Assembly: GCA_028534125.1 (NCBI GenBank)
Contig: CM052816.1
Span: 65,906,001-65,970,000, forward strand
DNA: 64,000 nt
Origin: Lama glama
Taxonomy: Eukaryota
Direction: 5' to 3'
Of the stretch, positions 22,713 through 37,400 are shown piece by piece. The first letter of the stretch is position 1; each line of letters opens with the position of its first letter. The notes under the pieces are model-generated. The model was not told the DNA's origin and searched no databases. It was given only the letters and a program-made list of their open reading frames with translations. The position numbers and the translations under genes are program-made.

Positions 22713-25124
22713 GTAAGTGTAAGGGTGAGCAAAGAAAAGAGGGTGCTCTTAGAGAAAATCAAGTAAGTATATCTCTAGAGATGATAAAACCACTGATATT
22801 TGTGCATTCCAATGATGCATAATAGAGATTAAATATCTCCAATTTAAAAAGAAGGGTGACTAAAATTATACAGGCTGAAGATAAATGGTAGATTGAATTT
22901 GAGTACACTGTCACTCTTGATAAGAAGCATTTATTTTCCCTAAGAATACATTGCCTGGGAAAGTGGGAATTAAATTTTTAATGGAGACATTTACACTTAA
23001 AACATTAACTTGTATCTATGTAGGACCTGAGTTTTAGCTACTCAACCTCGTGAATATTTTCTAATATTTTGAAAAGCTTTAAACTCAGTTGGAGAATCCC
23101 TGTGATATTGGCATCATTAGCACTTTGATTATGTCTCAGTTAATGTACCGTGCAGATGTTAGCGCTGGTTTGCCAGACCATTTGAGAGATCTTTGTGGAG
23201 GTTTGCGTAAATTAAACCATTTTTGGAATATTAATCACTGGAGGCAAGCACAGAACACATTAGACAAACTCGAATATCATTTGAGACATGGCAAAGCTTG
23301 GAAAATAATTAGAACTGATAAGCAAGTTCACAGATCGTATACCATCACTAGCTTATTTTCTCAGCACATTCCATTCTTGTGTTTACTGTGGTGTTCATTA
23401 GTTTCCTAGTTTCTGGTGGTTTCTATATAGGACCTCTTATGCAATGCCTGGGTTGTCATTTGTGGTAACTCTGCCTCTCTGTAGACTTAGTCACTCCTGC
23501 CCTAGACATTTGTCCAATAATATCACCATCTTCTCATGACACCAACTCGAAGACTCAGGACAGGTTGCTGTACATCTGCTAGGAACTGTATGGGGCTCCT
23601 GCCAGTCCAGTGTTACTCCGGATACTCTAACAGATCATCGAAGTATCCCAGTGAGTCTCCATGGGGCTCTAGAAACGGAGTTGTGCTTTACTCGTGTTCC
23701 TAACCTGTAGTTCTTGGCTGACATTTATTAATGGTTATAAAATGATAATACTCTCTTCTCCGTAGGAATGAGCAACTAAAGTACAATCATTTTGATGCAA
23801 ATGCTGAATGATTAAATCCCATTGTGTAGCTGCCCATGTTTGAACATGGCAGGAGATATAAGAAAATTCTAAGACAGGGTTCTTGATCTCAAATAACATA
23901 GTCTTTTGAAATTAAGTCTCAGATCAAATAATTAGTGGAAAAGACAGTATGTAAGTCCTAATTTGCATCCTTGTGGGCTATAGGTAAAAGCATCTCATCA
24001 CCTACCCCTAATTATGCACAGATCTACGCCATCTTTCTAAAACTATCCAGTCTACTCTCTTTTTATCTGTTTTTTTTTTTTTGAGATGGGGGCAATGAAA
24101 CTTCTTCCATAATTTTCTCTCTCCACGTCCTCCCACCTGCACCCCAAGATCTACATCTACTCTCTGTATTTCCTTACATATTATGTTGCTTTAGCATTCT
24201 GAAATCTATCTTCAATTTATATTGACCTCTGAAAATCCATTAATTCAAAGACTATTTATCAGTCACCCCTAAAGAGGAAGACATGGTGCCAGTTATTAGA
24301 GGAAAGACGAGGTGCATTTCCTCTCCTGGCGGTCACCATTGTTGTGTTCTTCCCTCCTGCTCACAGACCTCTTCTCACCAGCTCCTCTGATCACCCCTTA
24401 ACATATTTCCCCAAAGTATAGCCCCTGACCCTCCGGGGTTCGCTTTAGAAAACTTTTTTGTATGGGTTCAACCATCAGCTTTCATCAGAGGACTTCCTGC
24501 TCAGTGTCTCTGGCCCTGCAGTGTCAGTTGAGCTCCCGATCTATAAACTGATTTGCCTTCTGAAAGTTTAGACTTTCTTGTTCAGCTGTTCCTTCACACT
24601 CTCTAGTTAGTACATAGTCATCATTAGTTCATTGCACTGATGGTTTCCACTCTTCTTCACTCCAAAACAACTTCCTTTTCCCATTGGCTCTATTTCTGAG
24701 TTATCTTTATTCCATTTTCTTAGGTTTGAAATATAAGAGTTTAATTTATTCATTCACACATAATGAAAATACCTAATGAGCAACTATGGTATATTCAAAG
24801 CTCCCAATCTATACAGGGAAGGGGTGGGGCAGGGGAGAGCTGACACTTTAGACCCTTTTAATAAAATGTGGTGAGCACTATCCTTGGGGCATTTACAAAA
24901 CCATGAAAGAAAAGGAGAGGAGAAGGAGAGTTTGCCAGACAGGGAGCAATATTTGGATAATGTGAGGTAAGTAAAAATCACAGCTCAATTAAGGAATGAC
25001 AGTCTGGTTGGTGTGGGTAGGGAAGAAGATTGGAACACAGTCTACAGGACCTGAGAGCCACAGAGGATTCTAGCTGGGATCACATGATCACATACTTCTG
25101 TTTGAGGTGGGGGTGCTGCAGGAA

Positions 25125-25264
25125 TTTTTGTTGTTGCTGTTATTTATTTGGGAGGAAGGGGTGGTAATTAGATTTATTTATTTTTAGAGGAGGTACTGGG
25201 GATTGAACCCAGGACCTCACGCATGCTAAGCATGTGCTCTAGCACTTGAACTATATCCTCCACC
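25125..25264 (-). mobile_element. Camelid tRNA-derived SINE (vic-1 type)
   Basis: gaggtactggggattgaacccaggacctcacgcatgctaagcatgtgctct matches the other copies. TSD is unclear and boundaries are approximate. Confidence 0.85.
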
Positions 25265-25455
25265 GACACTCTTGTTTTTGTTGCTTCTGATTACTCTATT
25301 GTTGAATGATTGGAAAGAGTGAAGTGATTATAGGAAAATGGATTGTGTTGAAATTCACAGAAACAAAGCAGGCTAAATAGGGTGGAGGCCCAGTCAAGGG
25401 AGTGGTGGTGGGATGATGAGGTTGGTCCCAGATAGTAGAGGCAAGAGGCTTACAG

Positions 25456-25457
<2 letters not shown>

Positions 25458-25515
<58 letters not shown>
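25458..25515. repeat. (GT)29 microsatellite
   Basis: Perfect 58-nt GT run. Confidence 0.97.
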
Positions 25516-25516
<1 letters not shown>

Positions 25517-28500
25517 GGAGGACAGCCAGCAGGCAAGGAGAATCAGAGAATGCTGAAGTTTTGACCCCAAACAAGTAAATGAACAGTGATATTGATGTGA
25601 GGAACACAGGAGAGAGAGTGGACAACATAATGACATGATAAATTTGGCTGTTACATAATGAGGCTAGAATTCCGGGAGAAACAAGACAACAGTTAAAGGA
25701 CGAGGACAGAGAACAGAAACAACAGTGAGGAGAAATTTGAAGAGCCAGTTGCCTTCTATAATTAATAGGTTTGGGATGACCACTGGGAGAAGCATCTTAG
25801 TGGGGTAAATTATTAGAAGAATTGGTGAAGGAGTGAACTGAAAGTGGAGCTATCAGCAAGTGCAGGCATCTCTTTTAAAGGTTAGTAAGTTAAAGAGGAA
25901 AAAGAACTAAAGCTGCTTGAGGCAGAAGTGGGTTCAAGGGAAATTTAAAAAATTTAGGACACCTAAGCTGAGGGAAGCAGGGGTTATGTTGGAGCTGTAG
26001 CTGCTGACAACACTATGATCATGAGTTCAAGTAAAGCGACTAACCTTGGAAAAGTGGTAGGGACAAGTACTGCATTCTTTAGAACAATGAAAAAACAAAT
26101 GAAAAGGAGAAATATAAATTTGGAGATGGACGGGTGAAATGTTTCGAGAACTGGTGGCTAATGGTCTCTACTTTTTCATGCAAGCAGAAAGCTTAGCCAT
26201 CAAAAACTAAAGGAGAGAGGGTAGGGCAGCTTGAGAACTAGGGGGAAGCTTAAGAGCCAGACTGCAGATCACGAAAAGGACAGAACAGGGATGAGCAGAA
26301 GAGCAAAATGCTGAAAAGCCCTGTAGATAATAATAAATAATGCTGAATGGATGGATGGATGGATGACCAGGCTGAAAGTCATCTCCCTCAACTTCATCAG
26401 AGGTGAAACAACTTAGCTTGAGATAGAGACCAGGCACAAACTCTTGGTGAGCTAGTGGACCCGGTTTTACAATGGTTATGTATTTTGTTTTCTAAAATTA
26501 GAGCAAACTGGTTTTTAGATACCAGTGTGTACCCATGCATTTTATGAAAAGTCTATAATATTTCACATTTGAATAGTGCTTTTCTTTCCAAAGTAAGCTT
26601 AGTGCAAGGATGGCCTCGTTTTCCCCCGCACCTAGTCACGGGTTTCTTTATCTGATCAGACTCCTGTAAGAGTGACAAATCTAATTAGACTGTGATGCAA
26701 CTCTATATTTTGCTGAGAAATAATGTCTTGATATGTTCAGCTTTCCCATTTCTCCTGGGTATTTATGTTGGAGCAGTAAGGTTTCCCTTTGACACTAAGT
26801 GGCTCCTGGAAAGCATTCTTTCTACCAGGGAGATGAAATTTCTCTGAGAAACAAGATGAATAGAATAAGTAACTACCATTTCCATCTTTAATCTGGTAAT
26901 ACACATACCACTACACATAAAGGATCTCCTCTTCTCTCATTTGACGTCACATCTGGCCATCTGTAAAGCTCCATTTTCTAACCTACTTCATGATAATGCT
27001 GGGAAGTTTGTTCAGTGTCTGTAATTCAACTGTACTCTTTACAGGGAATGATATTATCATGTATTTTAATTGCTTTTGATGATTTTAGACTTAACTGGTC
27101 TAGTTAAGCTTTTCTACTGAGAAGAGCCCTTAGAAATTTCAAATACAAACAGTACCAATGAAGGTTTGGAAAACTCCTCTTTAAATTCAAATACAATTGT
27201 TTAATTTGTTGATACAGTGAAAAGGAAAATAATTACCTTGCATAAGACAGGATATCATTACCTCATCGTCTATAAATAGATACTAATTAAATAGCTGAGA
27301 CACAAGAAGAAAGTAAGAGTGATAATGGTAGTGATCAGTATTATAGCATATATTGGGTATGTGTGTCAGCCTTCATTTTTCTAAGTATTCACACCTGCCA
27401 TCTCATTTGATACTTTCCACAGCCCTATGGATAGAATTATTGCCCCATTTTACAGATGAGAGAGCCAAGGTCCTGAGAGCTTTACCTTTTTAAAAACACA
27501 ACAAACATTTCGATCATTTCTAAGGGAACATTATTTTGATAATGCCATTATAAACAAAGTGCTGTGTAGCAAAACTGATGAGAAACAGAAGTACCTGTGG
27601 ACCAAATTCATTTGACCAAATGAATTATTTGGCACTATGGAAACTTTTTTTTCAGTTCTTAAGGGAAACAAAGATACAAGCTCAAATTGGTCAGAGAAGT
27701 AGTAAAGAAAATATGCAACTGACTCTTGGAAAATATATACAAGTCTATAGACCAGGCTGAACTCAGCTTCTAAAAAATTAGCTTACATGAGGCAGAAGAG
27801 AGGTCCCTGGCAGCCTCTGCTCGGGGGACTGTCACATAGTTTGTTAAGTGTATTTCCAGTAGCAACTTAATTCTTAAGAATAATAAGAAATACGAAAACT
27901 GTTAGTATTAGCATGAGTACACTAAAGAAATAAATACATGAAGAGTAAAGTTGAACTATCATTAAGAGCAAAAAGTCTGTTATAACAGTAGAAATAACTA
28001 GATACAGAAGGTGACCCAAGTGCTTCATGAAGAAACAGGAAGAAAATCACAGAATCAATGAGTAATTACATAAAACAGATGAAGGTTTTTTTTTCCCCTC
28101 TAAATTCTTCAAATGCATTGAAAATGATTTTAATTTCTGGATAACAGTTTCTTCTGTTGTTACCCTTTATCCAATAACAGAATGTTGTTTGTTTTTACAA
28201 GTGTGCAGATATGAGCCACTGGGAAAATTATCAGTGACAAGACCAATCGTGTTTTAGTCATAAAACTGTGAATTTATTGAATACAAGTGCCTGTCAAACC
28301 ATATCAGTTAAAAAGACTTTTCAGTCCATCTGGATAACGGGCCTCCAGTCCCCGTCGTCTGCTGAATAAGCACTAATGCACCGAATCCCAGGATGATCCA
28401 AGCAGCTCTTTATCACACGTACAGCAGACCAGTACATATGGGGGAGGGCGTGGAAGTGTGGAAGGGGCAGCGAAGAGGAGGTGAGTGGACAGAATGCACC

Positions 28501-31500
28501 ATGAAAAGCTGAGGCACACTTGGCCATCTAGCTAGTTGGTCCTCCCCATCATGCAGAAGTATAGGGCGTCATTGATCAAGACTCTGGAGTGCCCCATGTG
28601 GGCATCCTATCCCACCCGACACACCCCCACCCCGCCCATCTCAGATTTGTACGATTTCTTTAGTAGTTAGCAAGTCCCTCCCCACTTTTAAGCCTTTGTG
28701 AGTCTTCAGTCATAGCCATTCCTGGCTTCCTCATGTGACTACTGAGTAGAAGATGGTGTTGCCTCTAGTCTGAAAAAGGAGGAGTGACCACCTTTACATC
28801 TATTCATCAGTTCTATTACAGGTTACATTATTCTTCCTTAGTCTTACTAGGGTATCTCTAAAAAGGATGACAATAAAAAGATATGCTGCATTATGAAACT
28901 TAGTTCTCACTAGATGGACATGAAAAGTTTGTAGCCACGCCTAACAAGATTTTTAGATCTCATTAGCACTAAAGAGCATCTGCCTCTTTTCTAATCTCAA
29001 TTTGCCATTTGAAAGTCCTCTAACATCATCTAAACACAGAAAGATGCTGTGATCAAATAATTCCTTCCCTAATTCCTGAATTTTCCCGACCAAGAGGGTG
29101 TCTTCACCCCTCACTTCACCACTCACTCACTGGTGTAAGAGTAATGAAACTAGGGCCAGGCTTTCCAAAGCATGTGCTGAGGTGGCCTGGGCCACCACGG
29201 GGAACTCACACGGGGGAGCCAGGGTATTTTTAATTTTCAAGGGAAACAGAAACATCTGGCAGTCAGCTGGAGGATTAACAGCTTGAAATAGTTCCCAGTT
29301 TCAACTTTGGATCATTACTTTCCATGACATCATAACTTTGCACAACAGTTGCTGTGATAAGAAGCAAGTACTGCACAGAAGTCCACGTGGACCTGGAAGT
29401 GAGGGAGGGAGAGTCCAAGCTCGCCACCAGTGAGAAGTGGTGTAGGTCTCAGCAGGTGCTTAATGTGGAGATGAAACCTCATTGAATAGTTTGGACTAAA
29501 TTCTTAGTAATTGCAACTGTTAGTTATTTCTTTTGGCCAGTGGGGTGCTGTAAAAACAATTACTGAGATGCTAAGAGTGTCATGAATTGAGAAAGTTTGA
29601 GCACCTCTGGATTAAGGTGTTTATTCATGTTCTTAGGATTGGAGCTAAATCAGATCTCTGTGTGAAGAGAAATTTTGTTAAGAGAGAGAAAAAAATCAGA
29701 TTCAAAGCCATGAACATCTTGATGAGCTCTAGAATTGAGAATTTATCCTATTCTTAGTTCTGTTAGGACCCTCACACAGGCAAAATACTTTATTATTATC
29801 AAAAGCAATATTATTTTGGTAACGAGCCAGATAAATCAGGCTTTTTCTTCCATTCCATGGGGATTGTCAAGTTACTGTTATTATGCTGTTGTAGTATTGA
29901 TGCAGGCACCAAACTCACAATAGCCATTAAATCCCAAGACGGCTCTTGACAGAATACTCTAAGGTCATGGGCTACTAAAATACCGTTTTGCTACCTTTTT
30001 TCCTTTTACTTTTTTAAAAATTCCACTTCTTTGTCCAGTCACTGGGGTCATTTTATTTCTAGCTCAAAAAAAAAAACAAAAGCAGTTCCATAAATGATAA
30101 AATAATACTTATAAATTAAGTAAACATACTTACTCAATTTTTGAATTGAGAAATTAAATATAGCAGCTGAATACACATTTATATTCCTAATTCCATACTT
30201 AAAATCATAAAAGGGAAGTTCTAATATTCTCACATGTTAAATTGCCATGTTTGTTAACACCTCAGGGTAAAAATAACCAATTTTAATGCGTTACTCAAGC
30301 GTCTGTTTGGGTGTTATTGCACGGTGCTCCAATAGTTAAAATAACAAGGGAATTACGTTATGTGTTCTAATATCTCTTGATTATCACTGCCAAAGTAAAA
30401 GATAGATCTTTGGGGTCTTAGGGGACATGGAGAGATGAATATTAGTTATGAAAAGTTTCTAGAGTAGAGGGGAAAAGAAATGGAGATTCACCAAACATAT
30501 TGTCATTCATTATTTTCTTGATAAGACTACTGCAATTCTATTACATCTTTAGGAGAATCTGCCCTAATATTTAGCACACAATTTTCTTTTCTAAATTTCC
30601 TTCATGCCCTGTATGCTCCTCAGTGTTTGGACTCTCATTTTAATTGTGAAAAGAGAAAAATACAGAAAAATAGTCACCTGAGTGTTCCTCAACTCTCATA
30701 CCTAAGAGAAAAGGGCAGGGTAAAGATCAACTATTTAAACCTGTAAATGACTGACTGTGCAGTTACACTTTAACCTCAGACTTAATGCTTTACAGAGGGT
30801 AACATCTTTTTTAAAAATGTGGGGAGAATGGTAGCTTAATAATTAAAGTGATTACCCCACAATTTTAAGATATTAGATCCCCGCTAGAGAGAAAACTTGA
30901 TCAAGGAAAAGCTGGCTTATTTTTCAGTGTATACAAAGAATATAATCTCTAAGAGCAAAGAATGAGTAAAATTAAGTACCCAACTAAAATTAGGAAAATT
31001 TGAAAACCATCTTCAATGAAAAAGGCTAGCACAGGGACCTGCAGAGTGCTCTCAGGACAATGTGGTCCTCAGTGAATGAGCTGAGTTGAAAATTATGGGC
31101 GCTTCCTGCCTCTTGACTTGTAAGGGACAGATGGCCATTACACAAGAGGGTCTGGTTATGTCAATTATAGATACTGTGCCTGAGGGCTCTCACTTGCTTG
31201 TTTATCCTAGCACTCTTTCCTCTATGTATTAAAGAAAACTAAAATCAAAACTGTGTTCTCTTTCATTATGCAATGAAAATTTTCTGAACTTCAAACCTTG
31301 CTAGTGGGTGGTAGGAATGGGGAGGATGGTGATAGGTCAGGGGAAAGAAGAAAGTTGATTTCAAATGGAGGTAGCTTTTTTCTTCTACCACATTCTAAAT
31401 AAGTGTGTTAATTGGCTGCATTGTTGAATGAGCATGTCATGCTTTTACTCACTTAGCAAATATTGACAGTTACCTCCTCCATGTCTAGGTGTTGTTTGAA

Positions 31501-33699
31501 GACACCATAGACCCATGAAAACAAGACAAAAATTTTGTTTGGATCATGCATTCCTGTCATTTTTTTTAAACGTCTAGATACTTACCCAGATAGAAAGGGA
31601 GACTTACCCAGTCAATACTGAGATTCCTGTATGAATCCCTGTTTCCACTTACACATCAACCACTTTAAATATTTGTGAGTCTTAGATCCTTAGTGAGGTG
31701 TTCTCAGTGTCTTCTCCCCAGTTTTATGAGCCACATAAGGAAAAATGATCACACGACTGGAGCACTTGGTGATGTGCTTCTTGAGATAGGATCTACTAGG
31801 GATATTAATACATCATCCTTCACTAAATCCCTGTAAGATGAATCATTGAAAGATTTGCTGTTACAAATATGAAGAAAGGGAGCCTTCAACCAGACCCGTG
31901 GCTTTTCTTCAGAAAAAGTCTAGTCAGGAATATTGAACACTGAGCTTTGCTATGAGATTCCTGGCACTTTGTGGCATGGTTGAGGTGAGAATTACTGAAG
32001 AAATATCCCCAGTTATTCCGTCTGCCCATGGCAGAGGTTCTCGGGCTTTGTGTCAACTTCCCACTGTCTTGAGACTTCAGCTTTTTCTTAACCTTGGATG
32101 ATGAAAACGTTGTTGTCATTGACCACCATATAGTTATGTCTAGACATATGTAAGGCATTAATTCCTACAACCTCCCAATGAAAGCAGACAAATTAAAAGC
32201 AGAAATAGAAAGGACAGCTGTTTGCATCTCTGCAAATGAGGAGGCTGCACTGTGCCAGGAAATCATTGAAGCAGTTCAGTGCACGACACTGTGTGCTAGT
32301 AAACATTATGCGTGGTCCCAAGACCAAGACCTTTTGGCTCATTATTTCCCCTCCAGGGAGAACAGGGCTGCATGCAGATCTCATGTGTCCTTGTCTCCAC
32401 ATCCATCCCTCCTTTGGAACTTAGAGAACATTAGACTGAATTTGTTCTATCCACCACAGTCAGTTTTGTTTGGTTGGTTATTTTTTGTTCCTTTGTTTGA
32501 ATTTTTTTTTTTTTGCCAGAAAAATCAGAAAACAAGCATTCTGGTTTATATGTTATCTAAAGGTCCCTATGATGATTTTTTTTAAGTGCAATAAAATAAA
32601 ACTTTCATCCAGTCACTATTATTTACAATTATGAGTACAGTTTTACAGAAGCTAAAAAAGAAGACAGTTGGTAAAAAGAACTCTTTTACATCAAATCATG
32701 AGATTAATTCCATGTGTTAACAACACATTTTTATTTTATGTCTTTTCATGTGCATTCTTTATCTTCAGTACATTGAGTTTCCATTCACTTATCCCACCTA
32801 CTATAGAGATTAGGTAAAACTTCCTAACATGTTACACTATTTTTTGGTGTTTTGTTTGTTTGTTTGTTTGTTTGCTTTACATTTATTTAAAGGTAACCCA
32901 TCTTGTACTGTTTATCCAGGAAGGGATAAATGATGTTTCCTAGACAGGTGGCTTGTCTATAACCCAGCTCTCCAAACACAGGAGCACTTAGAAAATAGTG
33001 AAAGTATGTCTCAAAGGTTCGCAGACAGACCTCGCAGTCCTCCGTTCCAGTTCAGGATATTCACCAGGTCCACCCTGTTTCATCCTTTGTGGCTCTCGGT
33101 TTTTGTAGACTCATTGGGGAGTAATGTATATAGATAGGAATATATTCTTAGAATTGCCTGGCATCTGTATAATCTTTATAGTTGACATGAGAATCCTCCA
33201 GTGAAATTTAATACTTGATTCTCAAAACAATCATATAAGGAAGCTAGGGAAAATATCATTAGCTGAGTTTTAGAAATTACAAAATTCTGCTCAAAAGATC
33301 TGTCTCATGTGCGCTCAACAACACATGTGCACGCACGCCATGAATCAGAATCCAGGCATCTTGACCCTGAATGTAGTGATTTCAATGAACAGCTGCTGCT
33401 AGACCATATCTTTGGCATCTGCTGGCAGGTACAGTAACGTCTAGATGAGAATATAATAAATAAGTAAAGCAATTAAGCTAAAATCTTAACTTCCCTTTAA
33501 GGTGAAGAACCTTGATAGGTAGGCATCTGGGCAGATTTTTTCTACTCAGGGTCTTTGCCAAACGGACAAGATTTTTTTTATGTTAATATATCAATGTTCT
33601 TTTGCCCCCAGGTTTAGAGTAGATACTTTTTATTCATTTGTATAAAACATTGTCTTCCCTTGAAAGACTTACAAGTGAAGTTTTGCATAGATTGCTCAA

Positions 33700-33915
33700 G
33701 AGCTACACTGGTCAAGATGGTAGCTACTAGCCACAGGTGACCTTCTCTGAATTTAAATTAATTAAAGTTAAATAGATGTAAAATTCAGTTTCTCAGTTGC
33801 ACTAGACACATACCCAGTGCCAGGAAGCCACTGTGGCCAGTGGATACTGTATTGGGCAGCACAAAGAGAGAACATTTCCATCATTGCAGAGATTTCTGTT
33901 GGACCATATTGTTCT
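33700..33915. mobile_element. hAT-Charlie MITE (MER3/MER33-like)
   Basis: atggtagctactagccaca...aaaattcagtttctcagttgcactag...gtggccagtggatactgtattgggcagcac...gaacatttccatcattgcaga. Confidence 0.75.
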
Positions 33916-34280
33916 GGAGTCTAGAATATGTACTTCTGTGGGGCTTCAGAATCATCTGAGTCCATCTGTGCATGCAGAAAAGCAGCCTAGTGCAGTCGAA
34001 ACAGCCTTTAAAGCCTGGGTTTAAATCCACCTTCACTGCCCATTTCTATGCCTTGGAATTTCATGACTCATTAAGACTTCAGAAACCATCTGGGGGAATG
34101 GACGCAGGGTTACTCACTGTTTACTTTGCCAGATAAAGGACTTCACTTATTTAACAAAGAAATTCCCATCAATATACACAGTCATTTTATTTTTAAAGGC
34201 ATTTCACTTCATTTTTTTAAAAGGGGAGGGGCATATTCTCAGAATAAGGGAGAATTTTCCAAAGGAATGTGATTAGCTTT

Positions 34281-34431
34281 AAAAAAAAATCTTTTATTGT
34301 TTATATTTTTTAGGGGGGAGTAATTAGATTTTTTCTTTTTAAATTACTATTATTTTTTTCAATGAAGGTACTGGCGATTAGGACCTCATGCATGTCAAGC
34401 ATGTGCTCTACCACTGAGCTACACCCCCCCC
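34281..34431 (-). mobile_element. Camelid tRNA-derived SINE (vic-1 type)
   Basis: Same family core with a deletion in the B box. TSD tg(a/g)ttagcttt at 34270-34280 and 34432-34442. Confidence 0.87.
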
Positions 34432-37400
34432 TGGTTAGCTTTTCAAAGACCTCACTCCATAGTTCATGTCTATTCTCGCCTTCACAGGGACCAGTGAAAA
34501 TTCCGTTGGGCAAGCACCAGGTCTCAGCCTGGCATTTGGAAACTGCTGAACTCTACCACTTGCCAAGGGCATGACCGCCAATGAGTTACTTATGTTCTCA
34601 GAGCCGAGTTCCTTAGAATGGGAATATGAGCATCGATTTAATGCAGAGGCAACAGAATTAAATACCGTGTGTCAGTAGAGCTATGTCTGGTGCATAGTAG
34701 GCAGGCAGAAAATATACTGCTCTCACTCCTCTCCATTTGATCACACCCCTCCTTTTCTAGCTACCCTTAAATCTTTTCCCTGGGAACCCATCCTGGAGAA
34801 AAACCAAGAGGGCAGAGCCTTATGCTGATAAGGATGATGGTGGGTGTTCCCCCCTACAGTACCTTTTCCCCCCTCATTTGAAATACAGAGACAGAAAATC
34901 AGAATGCTTTCCCTAGGATTACATGCACACGCACACACAAAATATGTGCATAAACAAATTTGCATATAGATATTTGTATATACATATATATCCATATAAA
35001 TTCCATCTTCCGAGGCCTTTGTGCCATATAACATGCATGCAATCTTGCTACACTCTGAATATGGACATATGATGTTTAACCATCAGCCAGAACTATCACC
35101 TGGGTGGGAAACCAAAAATTATTTTGTTTCAGTTTATTTATTATTTTATTTTAGGTTAGAAGGACATGAAAATCAGTAGGTGGACAGAGATTGTTTTGTT
35201 TTTTAAGTCATTTTGGTAATTTTTTTTTGCATTTATATGTAACTCTCCGTTAACTGTTGTCTTTTACTGTACATATCACCTTCATGAAATGTAAAATGTA
35301 CTAGAGACTGGGCATTGTCTTGCATGTGTTTTTAGCCTTGATAAATGCCATGATAGATGCCGTATTGCACAGTGTTTAAATACAGACCCAGCAGAGTCAT
35401 ACCACCTGAATTTGAATCCTGGCCCCACTACTCAATGGCGTGAGACTTTTTTGTCCTTCTTGGGCCTCCCATTCCTCATCTACAAAAAAAAAAATGTAAT
35501 AGGAGATAATCAGTGTCGTGTGTTTTGCACAGTGCCTGCTGTTTGATCACTTGATAAATGTTAATTATCCTTATTGTTTTATAGTTATTCTAATTGTTTG
35601 AGATTATTACCATTATTATTTATAAGTTAGTAGGATATCTGTACTCTGATTTTTTAAAAAATAATTATCTTGAAAACTCATTAAGAAATAAAAAATAATG
35701 GGAACGTATTACAAGGGCCCCCAGTGCTGAAAAGAACAAAACATTGAGCGACCTTACTGGGCATCAGTGAAAGAGGCATCAGGGTGAATTACCACTCAAG
35801 TCTATTAGGAAATTAAATTCAAGGGCAAAGAAAGTGTTAAAAGTACACAAGCTAAGCTGTTTCATCATAAAGTTAAGAACTTGGATGACCTCTTTCACCT
35901 GTTTTTATAGAATAGGTAAAAATTAGAAAAATTATTTGTTAAAACTGAGGAAAGGGTAGTGACTTGGTTTCTCTTTCGGTGCTAGTATAGAATATAAATA
36001 CAATGGTGCTCTTCCAGTGAGGGTGAACATTTCAACTTGATGACTAATAACTATAGTTAGCATTATAGAAAAACCGTCAGAGCTGTGTATATAGACACGC
36101 ACATGTGGCTTGGAGTTTGACACTGAAAAATTTCAGATTGGAAGATACTGCCTTAAACAATACCAGACTGCTTTAATTTTAATCGTACTAAAATGTTGTT
36201 GGACATTCCTGCCAAAATGCAAGTTCTGGTAGTTGTGAGTTTGGCCGCAGGACCAAGCTTCTGTGTTAAACTGATTACTTTAAGTCTAAGTGGCAATAAC
36301 TTCAAAGAGGAAAATCACTTTCAGGTGTGGCCGAGGTTGGCCTTGTGATCTAGGAACTTTAGTCCCTGGGGTTCCATAAATGGAGATACTAGTTAATTTT
36401 TTTTTCTTTTGATTTGCAGTGGAGCTAGTTCTAAATTAAAAGGCCAAGCAATGCAGAGAAGCCAGATCCTCAGGTGAATCTGATACCAGTGAAGCAGAGC
36501 ATTTTATTTGGTTTTTGTTTGTGTTAGCAGTATGCTGTCTACTGGGAGTTTATGGAAATCAAAATGCCTCCTTCATAAGTAATTTTAAAGGGTTCATTAT
36601 ATTCTTAAATGTGACATTTATAATTTTTTAGTGCCCACATTATTTTTTGGAAAAACATCATTTTACAAAACGATATCTATGGAAAAATATTATTTGATTT
36701 CACGAAATGTACTTTGGTAGCCAGATTTTCCAGAATACATTTATTGTCTGAAATCATAGTGTTGTGATTTTCATTAAAAAGGATAGCAACATAAAATATT
36801 TGATATCGAATTTAGTACTCAACAAACCCAATTTCTCATACAGTATTTTAATATTTTAGCTTTATCTTATGAGCGTTTTATCGAAATAAGCATGTTTCTT
36901 TTACAAGGTTATTTTAAAGAATGAATGAACTAACATGAATTTAAGTAGTTCATACAATTTACATTTTTTAGAATTAGTACTTACATTTTAATGCAATTTG
37001 GATTGACATCTACTTGAAAATTTTCGAGATTACTAAACATAGACCACAATCATTAAAAATGATTTAAAAGTATAAAGGCATGTTAAATTTTATCATGATT
37101 CAATATATTTAGTGTTAAAAGCAAGATATTAAATGGAATATACAGTTTGATTCAATTGCATATGAAATCATGGAATCCGTGAGGGTCATATATAACATTA
37201 ATACATGAGCTTACATACATCCAGAAGGAAAATGTTGCCAGCAGTTATCTTTGGGTGGCTTTTTAATTTTTTTGTAGTTCCCAAAGTTTCTACAGTTAAT
37301 GTACGTTTTACATTATATACATATATAAGCTTTTTAGAAATTCAGGTACATTGTGTTATGTATTTGCTTGTTTATTTTTGTATGTCTGTACTTCTGTGAA

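Noticed and set aside
25296-25636. His-Thr repeat proteins
   Set aside because: They are translations of the (GT)29 microsatellite.
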